A DNA stretch of 61,318 bases, the filler included, from Sphacelaria rigidula (lineage: Eukaryota): NCBI GenBank assembly GCA_964200075.2. It is 7 parts of 7 records of this genome, joined end to end, with 100 filler letters (N's around TTAATTAATTAA, not from the genome) between each part and the next. Parts side by side here need not be neighbours in the genome. Positions count along the whole stretch, not along the records: positions 43,873 to 52,545 come from CAXNAA020010425.1; positions 52,646 to 61,318 come from CAXNAA020010426.1; 5 more parts are not named here. One strand, written 5' to 3'. The position numbers and the translations under genes were made by a program. Below are positions 49,908 to 61,318 of this stretch, in pieces (positions within the stretch are counted from its first letter, which is position 1; each line of letters begins with the position of its first letter). Below the pieces are notes generated by a model. The model was not told the origin of the DNA. It made no database searches and worked only from the letters and a program-made list of their open reading frames with translations.

Positions 49908-50149
49908 ATGAAGAATAGTTGCACATATCTGGGTGTGCTCTTGCTTCCCCTAATTTCCCAGTACACGTCAGTACTCGGTTTTGTTCCCACATCTCCTCGT
50001 TTCCCCACTGTGAACAAACACAACACGGTGGCACCAGTATCATGCGGCGCAATTGCGAAAACATTCGGTGTTGGAGTAAGAAGGGGCAGTAACATGGTGA
50101 TGATGGCTAAGGGCAAGAAGAAGAAAGAGCGTATGGAGCTCATTGAGAG
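49908..50149 (+). CDS. Putative first exon of a nucleus-encoded plastid-targeted protein (bipartite leader)
   Basis: Reads MKNSCTYLGVLLLPLISQYTSVLG-FVPTSPRFP...RRGSNMVMMAKGKKKKERMELIE. Signal peptide, ASAFAP-like cleavage (VLG|FVP), and an acid-free S/T/R/K-rich transit peptide. Donor AG|GTGAGA (phase 2). No clean downstream exon was found. Confidence 0.65.
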
Positions 50150-52795
50150 GTGAGAAGTAACGCATACCAGGATAGGTGAATGTATTAGGTTAATGTGTGC
50201 AAGCCGTATTGGACGGAGGGTGGGGGACGGGGTCTCTCCTGTCTCTGAATGATCGTGCAAGTGGGGTGTGTGCTGTAAGAGTCAGTGTCCCATCGTGGAA
50301 AGGGCTAACTAAGCACTGACATGCTATCATGTGTAACGACCTTGGATCATGTACTGGAAAACCACTACTGACTGTACTGCACCGGCCGTGTGTGTGTGCG
50401 TGCGTGAAGCGGAATCGCAGCCGGTCACCCCTCCCTCACACATATTTTTCATGAATGCCAAGGCTAATTTCTGTACCAGAGCGTGAGGGTGGACAAACGA
50501 CCCTGGTACAGATCAACACCTTGACGGCCAGGGTGGACAATCCGTTGAATTGATGTGTTTGCACTTGAAATATGGCGCGTGGGACCGCACCCTGGCGGTC
50601 AAGAAGTTGACAGACACCGCGCGGAATTTGTACTACGCGAAACCCAGCCTGCAGGCCAGCATACGACAGGGAGACGGCATGAGTACCTTTCTCATCGTCG
50701 ACAAGGGATTTAGGCCGGTGCACATATACTGTACCCCAATTTACTGCAGCAGTTGTGTTCCACAACAACTTGACGCAGACATCGCCTGCTGGGTAATAGA
50801 GTCTATATTAAATAATACAAGATACATGTAGTCCCGATTGTTGCACTCACCAGTAAAGCCAGCTCATGCGCCACGAGGCCTTACAGGCAAAGTCTGCGGG
50901 CGTGTAAACATGCTGTTGGCAGGAAACGGTTGCCATATGTGCTTGTGTAAGCTGTGGTACGTCGAAGTAGGTGGAGTGCTGGGAACTTTGTACCGGCAGC
51001 GCAGGAGAACTACGTTCATAGAACTCTCAGCAACCAATCCCACAAGAATGACGCTGTCTTCTTGGCAGAGCGCATGACAGTGCCCAGTATTGGAACCCTA
51101 GTACCTTAGTCAAACTTTACAACCAGGCAGGTAACGATGAAGCTCGCTTACTGTGTTTTCGCGTAACATGTGTTGTGAAAACAGATAGACAGACGATCAC
51201 ACAGACGGTCACGGCAAAGATCTTGTGCATGCGTGTCGTGTTCATTCAACAAAATTTATCCCATCTAGTTAAAGCAGTTAACCGTCGTACCGGTGTCGCT
51301 CATACCTTCCACCCACGATGTCGGCGCAGGCGTACATTTCAGGAACTGTCGCCAGGGCCAGGGTATCGTAAATGTCGCTTGCTTATAGCACGAGACGCCT
51401 GTATCGATTCGCTCTCCCGAGGAAATTATATGGCCTGATCCCGGCAATACTCTTTTCGTTAGGATCAGGACTGGGGTTAAGCCTAAGTAGAAATAACAGT
51501 ACGTGCATACTAATAAAAATCGGCGTCCTCAATCGAGGCAGCTCAGAGCGAGTTCTCTCTCAAAGTTGTTCATGGTCGGCACACTTCAGGGCTGCTTAAC
51601 TTCTAGTCCAAACCCCAGATCCACGCGGATCAAAACCCCGCGGACAAGGGAGTTGCATCCTAGGTGGAAAGTGTGTTCGCATATTTCAAATCGGCGGTAC
51701 CGATATACCGGCGCTCGGAATTATTTGCCCCCTCAAGATTCGAATCACAGCGTCCACACGAAATACTAATCCTAGTTGAGAAATTTTTGCTCACTCTGTC
51801 AACGACTTCGCACAAACTCTACTATTTATTGGTATGTCTGACTGCGGTACTTTGACGCATAGATCGTACATTTTAGACTAGTCCGGAAGAAAACCAGCAA
51901 TCTAGTCTGTAGCCATTTTTCACGCCGTTGTCAAAGTTTAGAAAACGACATTCCACATGCTTATTTCTGACAGAAGGCTCGGTGTCGTCCGTGTTTGACA
52001 TGTCTGAATTTCATTCGGTCTTACCTATTTTTTTAGGGTCCCTGGCGTCATCATGGGCGCCTTGTATTCGTTGTTTGCCTCCCCAACCTGGTGTCGGCCA
52101 AGAGGGTATGGTATGAAGTATTTCGTGCTTGCGTACGGGTACCCTTGCGAGTGTTGTGGCTTCTTGGAGTGTGTTGGTATTGATTTACATCCTGTGAGAT
52201 CTTTGGGGCATGATTCTCCGGACGACAGGAGATCTAAGCAAGGCGGCTGAACACTACCCCCTCGCTCCTCCCCACATCGATTATACCCACTATAGTACGT
52301 CATCTAGTCCACGACTTTTGAAGGGATTTTTTGTTTCTATGGGTTCGCGAGTGAGGCACTGGGTAGTCCGTTCTGAGGCCACACTGTATCAACACGCTAG
52401 CGTAACTGTCGATCGTCTACCGTGGACCATGTCTGATAATGGCTTACACGAAACGTACCGACGAAAAGTATCATACGTCGGACGAGCCATCACTCGTGGA
52501 GACGAGTGCACTCATTGATGTTTTTCGAAAACACAACGAGCATGANNNNNNNNNNNNNNNNNNNNNNNNNNNNNNNNNNNNNNNNNNNNTTAATTAATTA
52601 ANNNNNNNNNNNNNNNNNNNNNNNNNNNNNNNNNNNNNNNNNNNNTCCGTCCCGGCTTTGTAGGGATGCGAGGTCAACGGTCCTATGACTATGGCATGCA
52701 TGGTCATGAGTACACCCCTCTGCCGTAGCATTGCTTTACACACATTTTTCGTCTGTTTTTCTAGTCACACGTGTGCGTGTATTCGTTGCCCTTAC

Positions 52796-52882
52796 ATCTT
52801 CCCTAGCTTTCTTGGTAGCGATCTCCTTGGCCTTCTTAGCCTCAATCTCCGCCTTCCTCTTGTTCTCGAACGTCTGTTTTTG
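52796..52882 (-). CDS. Putative orphan internal exon, K/E/A-rich coiled coil
   Basis: CAG|CAAAAA...GAT|GTAAGG; 87 bp, phase 0-0. Reads QKQTFENKRKAEIEAKKAKEIATKKARED. No partner exon identified. Confidence 0.5.
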
Positions 52883-54377
52883 CTGCTCGTCCAAAAGACC
52901 ATCCATGCACCAATAAATCGCCGGCGGCGGCCGCGGAAGGCAGGAGTAGTGAAGTCGGGGGGGGGAATGGGGGAAGGGGGGAAGGGGGCAAGGGGGCAAG
53001 GGGGGGAGATTGATATTAGAAACAACCGAGGAACACACAACTGACACGCTGAGCGACCGGGGTCGTGGTGTAACGAAAGCGAAGGGTGAATAATATTTTC
53101 CCAAGGCTTCATTCTGCTGGGGCGGGGTGGGCCGTGTTACCCCAGATGAGGCAACATGACATTTGGTCATGATGCGGTAAACACATTGACTGATTCACTG
53201 GTAGTCGCTCAGTATCTGGTCCCCCGGGCGATCAAGTCGATGGGCAGAAGATAGACATACCCGAGGTACCGATGTTCGTACGGTATTTATTAGTAGTAGT
53301 CCGAATGCAAACTGGGCAACTTCCGCGATCGTAATTTCTTTTGTTTTCTCACATACATATTTTTCCTTAATACTCGAAAGTGCTGGAGTTGATAGATATT
53401 GGCGAAATAAATACGTCGTGCTAAGGACTCAATCCCCGAGATGGTTTCGTCGGGGACAAAACGGAGGAGGAAAGCCGTTATTGGACCACAAACACAGTTT
53501 TTCGGCTCTAGCGCAACGAACAGGTAGAATTTCAAGAACGTGATCATTTTTACTTGTTCACGGGAACGATCGGAATTGGTTCAATCGAGTAAAAATACAA
53601 GGAGAGTCAGAACCTGGGGCTGTGCGGTCGCAGGACCCCCGAGAACCGGTCACCACGTACGTCGTTTAACAGTGAGTGTAGATATGAGTTTCTTGTCGAA
53701 ATGTGAATTGATTGCTAGTATCTCCGGGTCCCCAAAATGTGGGATCAAATGCTCAGTGTGACGAGCGGTGGCAAGCGAAAAGTCGCCCAAAACACTAAAT
53801 TACAAAATTCGCCCAGTTTGCATGCGGGCTGTTGTCCCAGTATATATATTGTACATACTCACACTATTCGTCAACTTCGCGATTGCCGCGGCCATTCTCC
53901 ATGTTGCCGACATTTCATAACAGTCCCACCCGGTTTGACCCACTCTTGTGCGTGACAATATGTTTTCGAATCATCAGTATAATTTTGGTTTTCGTTCGAC
54001 TCTCACCTGAAACATGCCCGATTACTTCAGTTCGTAATATTGTACTCAGATATGTACAGTCGATTAAACGTGCCCCATTAATTCGGCACGCCATATTGCC
54101 ACTCAGATGTGCATGGCCAATTTGAACATGTTTTCAAAATTAGCCACAACTCATGTATCAACTTCGCGATAGTCACGGTCATTCTCCGTGTTACCGATAT
54201 TGCAAAACAGTCTCGGGTCCACTCCACTGGAGAATGGCAAGCCAATATCGTTCATTGGCGTTGTAGTACACTGATATATATATATATATAGCGTACACAT
54301 ATTTGACTGCAAAATCATACCACGAAAAGTACACGTCTGGCTCATGCAGTATCGCAACGTCGCGTCCTGGTAACGTA

Positions 54378-54634
54378 TGGGCAGTGAACGACGGTGGTAT
54401 GAAATCATTTGCTAGTTTCGACAGTGGCGGGAAGACGACGGCTGTACTAGGAGATAGATGGCGGCCACAGACGGCGAAGCAGGAAGGGGATAAGACATGT
54501 AAAAGGTGTTTGTGTCATGTATGGAAGACACGTAATGAGTGTCAAAATATTGGAGGCGTCTCTATTAGGAGTAGGAACAGTTCTCCATGTCGAAGGGAAG
54601 CGTGGTCAATGGTCAAACGACCAAGGCAAGCAAC
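54378..54634 (+). mobile_element. 5'-truncated LINE-like 3' end, family A (longest copy)
   Basis: Reads WAVNDGGMKSFASFDSGGKTTAVLGDRW...CHVWKTRNE..., including a W..RN motif like that at non-LTR ORF2 C-termini. Shorter copies overlapping its 3' portion at 51-139(-), 29699-29822(-), 32205-32255(-), 34950-34998(+) and 56186-56265(-). Confidence 0.65.
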
Positions 54635-56268
54635 ACACAAAATAATCTCGTCTTCTTGTAGATCAAATCACGACGGGAAAATTTTGAACAGAGTTAAGGC
54701 CTGGCTGCGCACTTGAAACATCGATTGATTTGTTAATTGATTGTCACTCTGTAACCTACAAACGTAAACGATGTTTGACGCGGTCCAAGATAGGCACTGG
54801 CACGAACATGTACATATACATTTTCATATACAAAGATACTTCCTCTTTCCTAAAATGCGACAATCACAAGTAAAGTCGGCTGTATGTTTACGCGAGCCCC
54901 TCACCGTGTACGATGCGTTGAATAGGCGATATTGTTTATTCAATTGAGACGCGGAACTTTTCGACTCAAGGGGAGCGGAAGAATTTCTAACCACCCGATT
55001 GACTTACACTGAATTATAATATGTGTCATGATCATATATTTGAGGTGACGGACGCGGAACAGAACCTGAAAGGCTGAGAGCTTGGAATGTCTTCGCCGGT
55101 AATACCGAACGTCGAAGGGACTGTCAATGAACGCGCTGAGGGAGTGGTGAACACACGCAGCAGCAGACGACCGAAATGGCGGCTCGAACAGCCAGTCAGT
55201 ATACCGTTTGAATGCAGGCAGAACGATTGTCGAGGGTTGCACAACCGGAGTATTGTACCCATGTACTGAAAGGAGAGGATTCACAGATATCATGGTGATG
55301 GAACCTGCTACCGCTTCGGGCGACGGCAGCGGTGTCTGCGAGATAGCAGACCAGCAGAACTACGAGCAGGAATTTGCCTGTGGATGGATCGCCTGCTGTC
55401 GTGGATGCTCATCATGACATCTGGGAACTTCGCCGCGACATGATCAACACGCTGGAAAAAAAAAGGGCAAGGACTGCACGGGACGTACTTGACCAGCTGG
55501 CGGAGTTGAAGCACGACAAATCTCAGGCGCAACGTCATGCGGCTGCGCCCAAAAACTCTGCAGCGGCTGCCTGGAAGCAACCCAGCCCTCTGGCCGCACG
55601 TTTCTCTTTGTCACTACTCTAATGCTAGTCAAACATCAGACCAGGCGTCAACGCTTAGTCTGATGTTTGGCTTATTTTTCTGTAGGCGTAATTCCTCCGC
55701 CATTCCTCTTACTGAATCCCGGCTGTTAAAAAGTCAGGTACATAGAGCGTGGGGTCGTCGTCGTCTCTGATGCGGTCGCATTTGCGGAGAATGTTGGTGT
55801 ATGACTTCCACCCCGGCCGAATGCGCCCGCTGTCCCCGCCATACGAATAGAACGAGTGTGTCCTCTCCGTTGGTGACAAGGAGGAACATGCAGCAAGAGG
55901 GCTGGGTTGCTGCCAGGCAGCCACCGCTGCAGATTGTATGGGCACGGCTGTATGCCGTTGCGACTGGGATTTATCGTTCGTCAACTCTGACAACTGCTCA
56001 AGCATCTTCGCAGATACTTGCGCCGCTCCCCCCACCCCCCCTTGCCTTGTGCACAGGGCTTTGAGTGATACACAAAAACGAAAGCCGAGTACATTTTTTT
56101 TTTTTTTCACACACTACCCTACGTGGGCAGGCAGACGACGGGAAAAATCAGTCGGCCCAAAAATGACCCTTCCTCGCCCCTATGCCGGGGGAGGGGGCGT
56201 GCTTATTTTTGTTGCTTATATTCGTCGTTTGACCATTCACCACGCATCCATTCAAGACGGAGCATTTC

Positions 56269-56362
56269 GGGGGGGAGGGGGGTGTACTCATGATCATGCA
56301 TGCCATAGTCATGAGACCATTGACTCCGCATCCCTACAAGGCCGGGACGGAGCACGCCGGGG
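56269..56362 (-). mobile_element. LINE-like 3' end family B (sister of A); other copies at 43873-43944(+), 52646-52719(+), partial 26710-26745(-)
   Basis: Consensus GGGATGCGAGGTCAATGGTC..ATGACTATGGCA.GCATGATCATGAGTACA-Cn aligns with the family A terminus. Confidence 0.65.
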
Positions 56363-56384
56363 TAAAGGAAACGTCCTTGCCCGT

Positions 56385-56545
56385 CCGCAGCCCCGCGGCC
56401 TTTGTTGGAGTAAGCAGCGACGGTCGCCCACTCCGACATTTGCTCGAGAGGTCGAGCTCCCCAATGTCGTCTACCTGAGCTTCGCAGTCCCCCCATAGTT
56501 TCGTCGGGTACTCGGGACCAACACCGTAGGGCTCGGTGAGAGGAT
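56385..56545 (-). pseudogene. Second Tc1/mariner transposase HTH relic
   Basis: Reads YGVGPEYPTKLW / AQVDDIGELDLSSKCRSGRPSLLTPTKAAGLR, homologous to 32014-32200. Confidence 0.6.
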
Positions 56546-56963
56546 CTACAGTACAGTATATTTCGGTACCCTCAAGCTGCCTGGCGGAATGATCAGCTTT
56601 GTCTTCATCGCCATGGTGAGACGGCGACCCAATGGTACTTCAGCGCCACGTGTATGACGTGGGGGTGTGTCGATAGGAGAGTTCATCGTGGTTGTGGTCG
56701 GTATTGGGCGGCCAAAGGTCGAAATAAAAATTTCAAAGAGGACAATTCTATATTCATTTCCTAAAAATCCCTTAAAATGGAAAAATCATTTACCCCAAAA
56801 CATCGATAATTTCGTTCCCAAAAAAATCTCAACAATGAATCCGTTTTTTTGTTCTCCCCGATGAGAAAGCATCCGCATAACTTCATCGCAGAACCCAACA
56901 ATAGCATCGTGAGCACCTCCGTTGGAAAGATATGATTTTTACCCCGTAACCGACTTCACTTGA

Positions 56964-57122
56964 CCCTTTTGTGACCGGATTCCCAGAAACATGGTGTTCG
57001 CACGCGGACCTTTTCGTGAGCGGCATCATTTTCAGTCGTTTTCAAGCAAAAATGATGCCTATTCATAGAAAGGACCCAGAGCGCAAACACCATGTTTCTG
57101 GAAGTCCGGTCTCCCCAAAGGA
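56964..57122. mobile_element. 159-bp hairpin MITE, piggyBac-like
   Basis: Arms GACCGGA.T.CCAGAAACATGGTGTT.GC...GGCATCATTTT; termini CCCTTT..AAAGGA; flanks TTGA/TTGA, a TTAA-like site. Confidence 0.6.
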
Positions 57123-57727
57123 TTGAGAGACAGAGGAATCATGAATACTGTACCGAGGGGTGACAGATTTTCCAGTCCAGCCACCACACCAATATGTATA
57201 TGTTCCTGTGAGCCCGAATTCGGCGAAAGAGAGAGCGGGGGAGGGTTCTAAGGGATATTATGAACGAGATTTCTTCAGACTTTTCCAACTTTTCCGGGGG
57301 GGAAAAAGTATTTTTCCGACGTTCAAGAACAGAAACTGGAAGAAAAAAACTCCAACCCTACATTTTCGGAGTAAGGCTACTTCTTATGTTGACTCGACCG
57401 TTTGTTATTGAAAATGCAACCTTGGCCAAAACCGAAACCGCGACCTACGGAAAGTGTAAAGGTGCTCTGAAACGGCCTCAACGAATAGAGCAAGTCATTC
57501 CAAGGTGTCAACATCCACCTAGCCCTCTCTTCGGGGGAAAAACGACGGAGAAGGACCAGAAATGCACTTTTCAACAAGTTCCAGATGTTGATCCATGAGA
57601 AGTAGCCGAATACCGTTCCTTACGGCTCGTATCTTTCGGGTGTTGCATTTTCCACTCTTCGGGACATTTCACACGACTCTTGTCCGCGAAACAGAGAGTA
57701 TTGCGGAGACACAGGCGATGGAAAACT

Positions 57728-58362
57728 GAGAAACCGGGCTTCGACCTCGACGATAACCGCGTTGTGCTCAACGTGTCGGGATACGGGTCGTCTGTCCGGC
57801 ACTACGGGGTCGTCGATTAGCTTGGAATCGACTTTTCCGCAGGGCGTGGGGGGCTGAGACACCGGGCTTCGACCTGTACACCCACCACATTGTGCTCAAA
57901 GTGTGGCAGTCTAGCTCCTTGGCCCAGCACCACGGGGTCGTCATTTGGGATGGAATTGACAACTCGATCTAACAATGTTTTCGTGCGATTGAGAGTGAAA
58001 AGCGGCAAACGAATGAATCACACAGTTTCAGCTCAGAAATGCCCCTCCGGGCCTCCTACGAGGCCCGATACGCTTTCCACTGAAACCTCGGATATCCTTG
58101 AATAAATGTATCGACGTGTAGCTGTCAGCACGCCGCAGTGTTACAGGCAACGAAAAGCGCATACAAAATGCGAAAGTGATCAAGTTAGAGCGAATAATAA
58201 GACTCACTCTCGATCAACGGTAGACTATCATTCTCACGAAAACAGTGTTATGGGCAATGAGAAGGTGAGACACCGGGCTCCGACCTCGACACCCACCACA
58301 TTATGATCAAAGTGTGGCGTTCATGCTCGTCTGTCCAGCACTACGTGGTCGTCCATTTCAAG
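57728..58362 (+). repeat. Three degenerate ~100-bp direct repeats (57728, 57856, 58267)
   Basis: GAGA(A/C)ACCGGGCT(T/C)CGACCT...TGCTCAAAGTGTGG...AGCACTACG.GGTCGTC occurs three times. Confidence 0.75.
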
Positions 58363-59838
58363 TCGCCTTTCCCTTTGTAGGCCGATGCTGTAAAAGCGGA
58401 GAAACTTCGGTTCATGAAACCCACCACCAAGGACTCTGCTTTAGTTCCGGTGTGATGGCCATTTACTTTGATTACTGCAGCCCGCTGATTCTCGTTTAAA
58501 CCGATGTAATGCATGCAGGCATTCACGCAGGGGCGACCCAGTGAATTTCGCAGTACTGCCGAGCTAAGCGTTAAATTTTAACGGTATATTTTCGTGTCGA
58601 CTTCTTGTGTTTGTGTTTGGGGTGTTTTTACTCGTCACCGTTAATCACAGCGCCTGCTCTTCTTCTTGTGTGTGTCCCACCGCCGCTCCCCTCCCGCCCA
58701 CCCACACCCGCTCCGTANNNNNNNNNNTTTTTGTTTGGTGTTTTTGTTGCCGTGCCAAGCCTCCCCCCCCCCCGCCGCCCCCACCAGCTGCCGCCCCCCC
58801 CCCCCCCCCCCCTTCCTCGGCAAGAGTCCGTGGTCTCAAGGGATGACATCAACGTATCTATATCTCCCCGAGTACAGCACACGCCTCAAATTCTTTGTAT
58901 CGCGGATTGGATCATGACCAAACACGCCTGCACCGCGTCGGCTGTCGTCTAACAAACTCATCATTTAACCAGACTCTTTTATTGCTACTATAATACCCGC
59001 ATCCTCACACATTAAACAGCCGGGATAAGGTACGTCTGTAAGATGAGCCAAACTAGACGCATTTGGCGGGAAATTAATCCGTTTTCTTCCCACTCAACCG
59101 GTGCAACAGACTTGTACCACTAGAACACCGGGATGCGGCCTGTTTTTTTGTCATGTTCTTCTCACTGACAAAATAAAAAAACAAAAACAAAGCTACATGG
59201 GAAGAGGAAGGGACAGGAACTCGGAACAAATACGAAAATAAATGCTCACCGTCTCATGTCCCTCAAGTCTGCTCGACTATGGGATGCATGACATACGATG
59301 TCACAGTTAGGATCAGTGAAGGGATGAAATTAGAAAATTATGGACATGCTCATAAAACGAGAAAAAATATCAAAAATAAAAAGAATAAAATGCAATGTCT
59401 TTCTCTGTTCCTTCTAATTTTTATGATTATTCTGTTTTTTTGCTGCTCCTGACCACGGGCTGGATTGTTGCAGTCAGCTAATGTGAGATAATCAATCACT
59501 CAATCACTCAATCACTCAATCAATGCGTACACGAATTCGGGTCAGAACTTTTTATGAAGCACATGTTGCGCACTTTGAATCAGGGTTTTAGCGAACGGCG
59601 ACCGATTCTTGCCACTTTTGTGCCGGACGTAAGTGATCACGTGACAAAAGTGATGGAGGAGGCGACGTGGCTAGCCTCTGCACAAGAAACTGAATCGAGG
59701 CGTTCTTGGCTTCTTTTCTCGTCATTTTTACCGGGGGGTTTTCTCGTCCCTAGAGAAGGGGCGGGGTACGGCCATTTTCGAGCCGAGGGAATATAGTTGC
59801 CTTTCGGCTGCGTGGCCCAAGCACCAACTGTCAATATA

Positions 59839-60575
59839 CTTCCTCCAACACATGGGTGAATTCGGTTTGGTTCACACGGGCCCTCAACTTTGTCCGATGC
59901 CGTTAGCGATGATATTTTTGAATCTCTTCGTCATTCTTCAAGTTGAACCCCCTTTTTTTTTTCCTCTAACGCGGCCTCCCGCATGGGCCAGCGGCCGAAA
60001 CTAAAGCAGTCGGTAAAAAAATGGCCATTTTTCCCCGTTCCCGGAAAAAGGGAAGGGGAAGTGGAAACCCGGGAAAATGACGAAGAACGCGAGGACGTGC
60101 AAAAATGGCTTCTCGTTTTCGCTTCGGTATTGATACACGATACCTTCGCCTCGTCTGAAAGCATGGCATCATGTTGTCAGCTACGTTTAAAATGAAAACA
60201 GGCAACGTTCGTCAAAATTCGACCGAGAAAGGTACAAATTGGTCGAAATCGGCCTACATTTGTTCAAATTTGACACACAATTTTTCCATAACACCGACTT
60301 GGATTTTTTCCCCTTTTTTTCTTCATGAGCATCTCCTTGACTGCATCGTTACGACGAATTCAACTATAGCATCGCACACCCTTTGGTTCAACAGATATGA
60401 TCCGCGTGCCACAACCGACTTTACTTTTATGTGTTGGAGGAATTATTCATACGAAGGTTTGAACTAAGAAACACCAGGGAATGTAACAGGGGAAAAGTGT
60501 GTTCATCGGACACGATCGGACACGATCACGGGCCCTTACGAACATTACCGCCCAGACTTACGTGGACGGAAGAGG
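59839..60575. mobile_element. Stowaway/mariner-like MITE
   Basis: TA|CTTCCTCC left end with a degenerate inverted right end followed by TA. The left ~190 bp is homologous to 31786-31980. Confidence 0.55.
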
Positions 60576-61318
60576 TATGTATTGTAACTAGAACTGGGGA
60601 TTGTTGGCCCCTGCAGAATTACTTGAGGTGAAAATTCATACACCAGAGAAACGGAGAGGTAGGCGAAACAGATTCGGTCCATCTACTTCGGGGCATACTA
60701 TTTGGGCATGGACTCTCTCTCTCAAGTGCCGAACGGAAGCAAGGCACCAGACTGCTACTTGCATAACGATACTGGGAGGAAGGACACAGCAGAAGCACTG
60801 GAGAGGAAACCACGCCCATGAAAGCATCAAGGCCGTCGGCGCCGGCACAAGGGCAGCGAATGTCTACTTGCAGAACTAAAACTATGGCATCAACCACCTT
60901 CCAGAAATGCATCCACCCATGATTCAATTCTAGCGGGGTAAATGGTCCTGCACCATCCCCAAGCCTTGCTCTTTGCATTCCTGCCCCCCTGCCTCGCGGG
61001 CATGGGTGCGCGCTAGTGTCCCAACGGCGTCATCTACGGAAGCATTGTCCAAGTGTGGGTCTACCCCCGCAAAGTTTCTCCGAGTGCGTGCTCTTGTTCA
61101 CAGACCTTCTTAACTAAAACTTGACACCCAGAGTCCCGCCTTGAACACAGCTTTTCCGGGGTGCCGCCTGTTGGACCGGTGCTGCTTCGTCGGGGACGCG
61201 CCGCTCGTGTGACAGGACAGTACGACATTCATACCCCCCCCCCCCCCCCCCCCCCCCTCCACTCTGTTCCCCCTTCTCTCTCTTTTCCTCGTCCCCTGCT
61301 TCTCCCTCTTCTTCACAC

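Overview
This is eukaryotic nuclear DNA, most likely from a brown alga or related photosynthetic stramenopile. That is inferred from GT-AG exons in multi-kb repeat-filled introns, a bipartite plastid-targeting leader, a nad9 NUMT and TTAGGG repeats. The window is not one locus. It is 7 contigs of 8675, 8675, 8674, 8674, 8674, 8673 and 8673 bp, sorted by size and joined by artificial N44-TTAATTAATTAA-N44 linkers, so adjacency across linkers has no meaning. Host genes: exons 1-2 of an ER Hsp70 of the HYOU1/GRP170 type (minus strand), head-to-head with the first exon of a probable plastid-targeted protein; three in-phase exons of a DDHD-type (PA-PLA1) phospholipase; and one orphan coiled-coil exon. 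The rest is mostly mobile DNA: a decayed RTE LINE, a tRNA-derived SINE with a (CA)n tail, two sister families of LINE-like 3' ends embedded in C/G tracts, many non-autonomous DNA elements with readable TSDs (Harbinger-, hAT-, Tc1/mariner-, piggyBac- and Ginger-like), a 97-bp minisatellite, and relics of USP-like and PIN/CXC-like coding sequence. The best candidates for undescribed biology are the poly(C)-tailed or G-tract-targeting retroelements and a TGT..ACA MITE that carries telomeric repeats. All family assignments come from reading motifs by eye; no database search was run.
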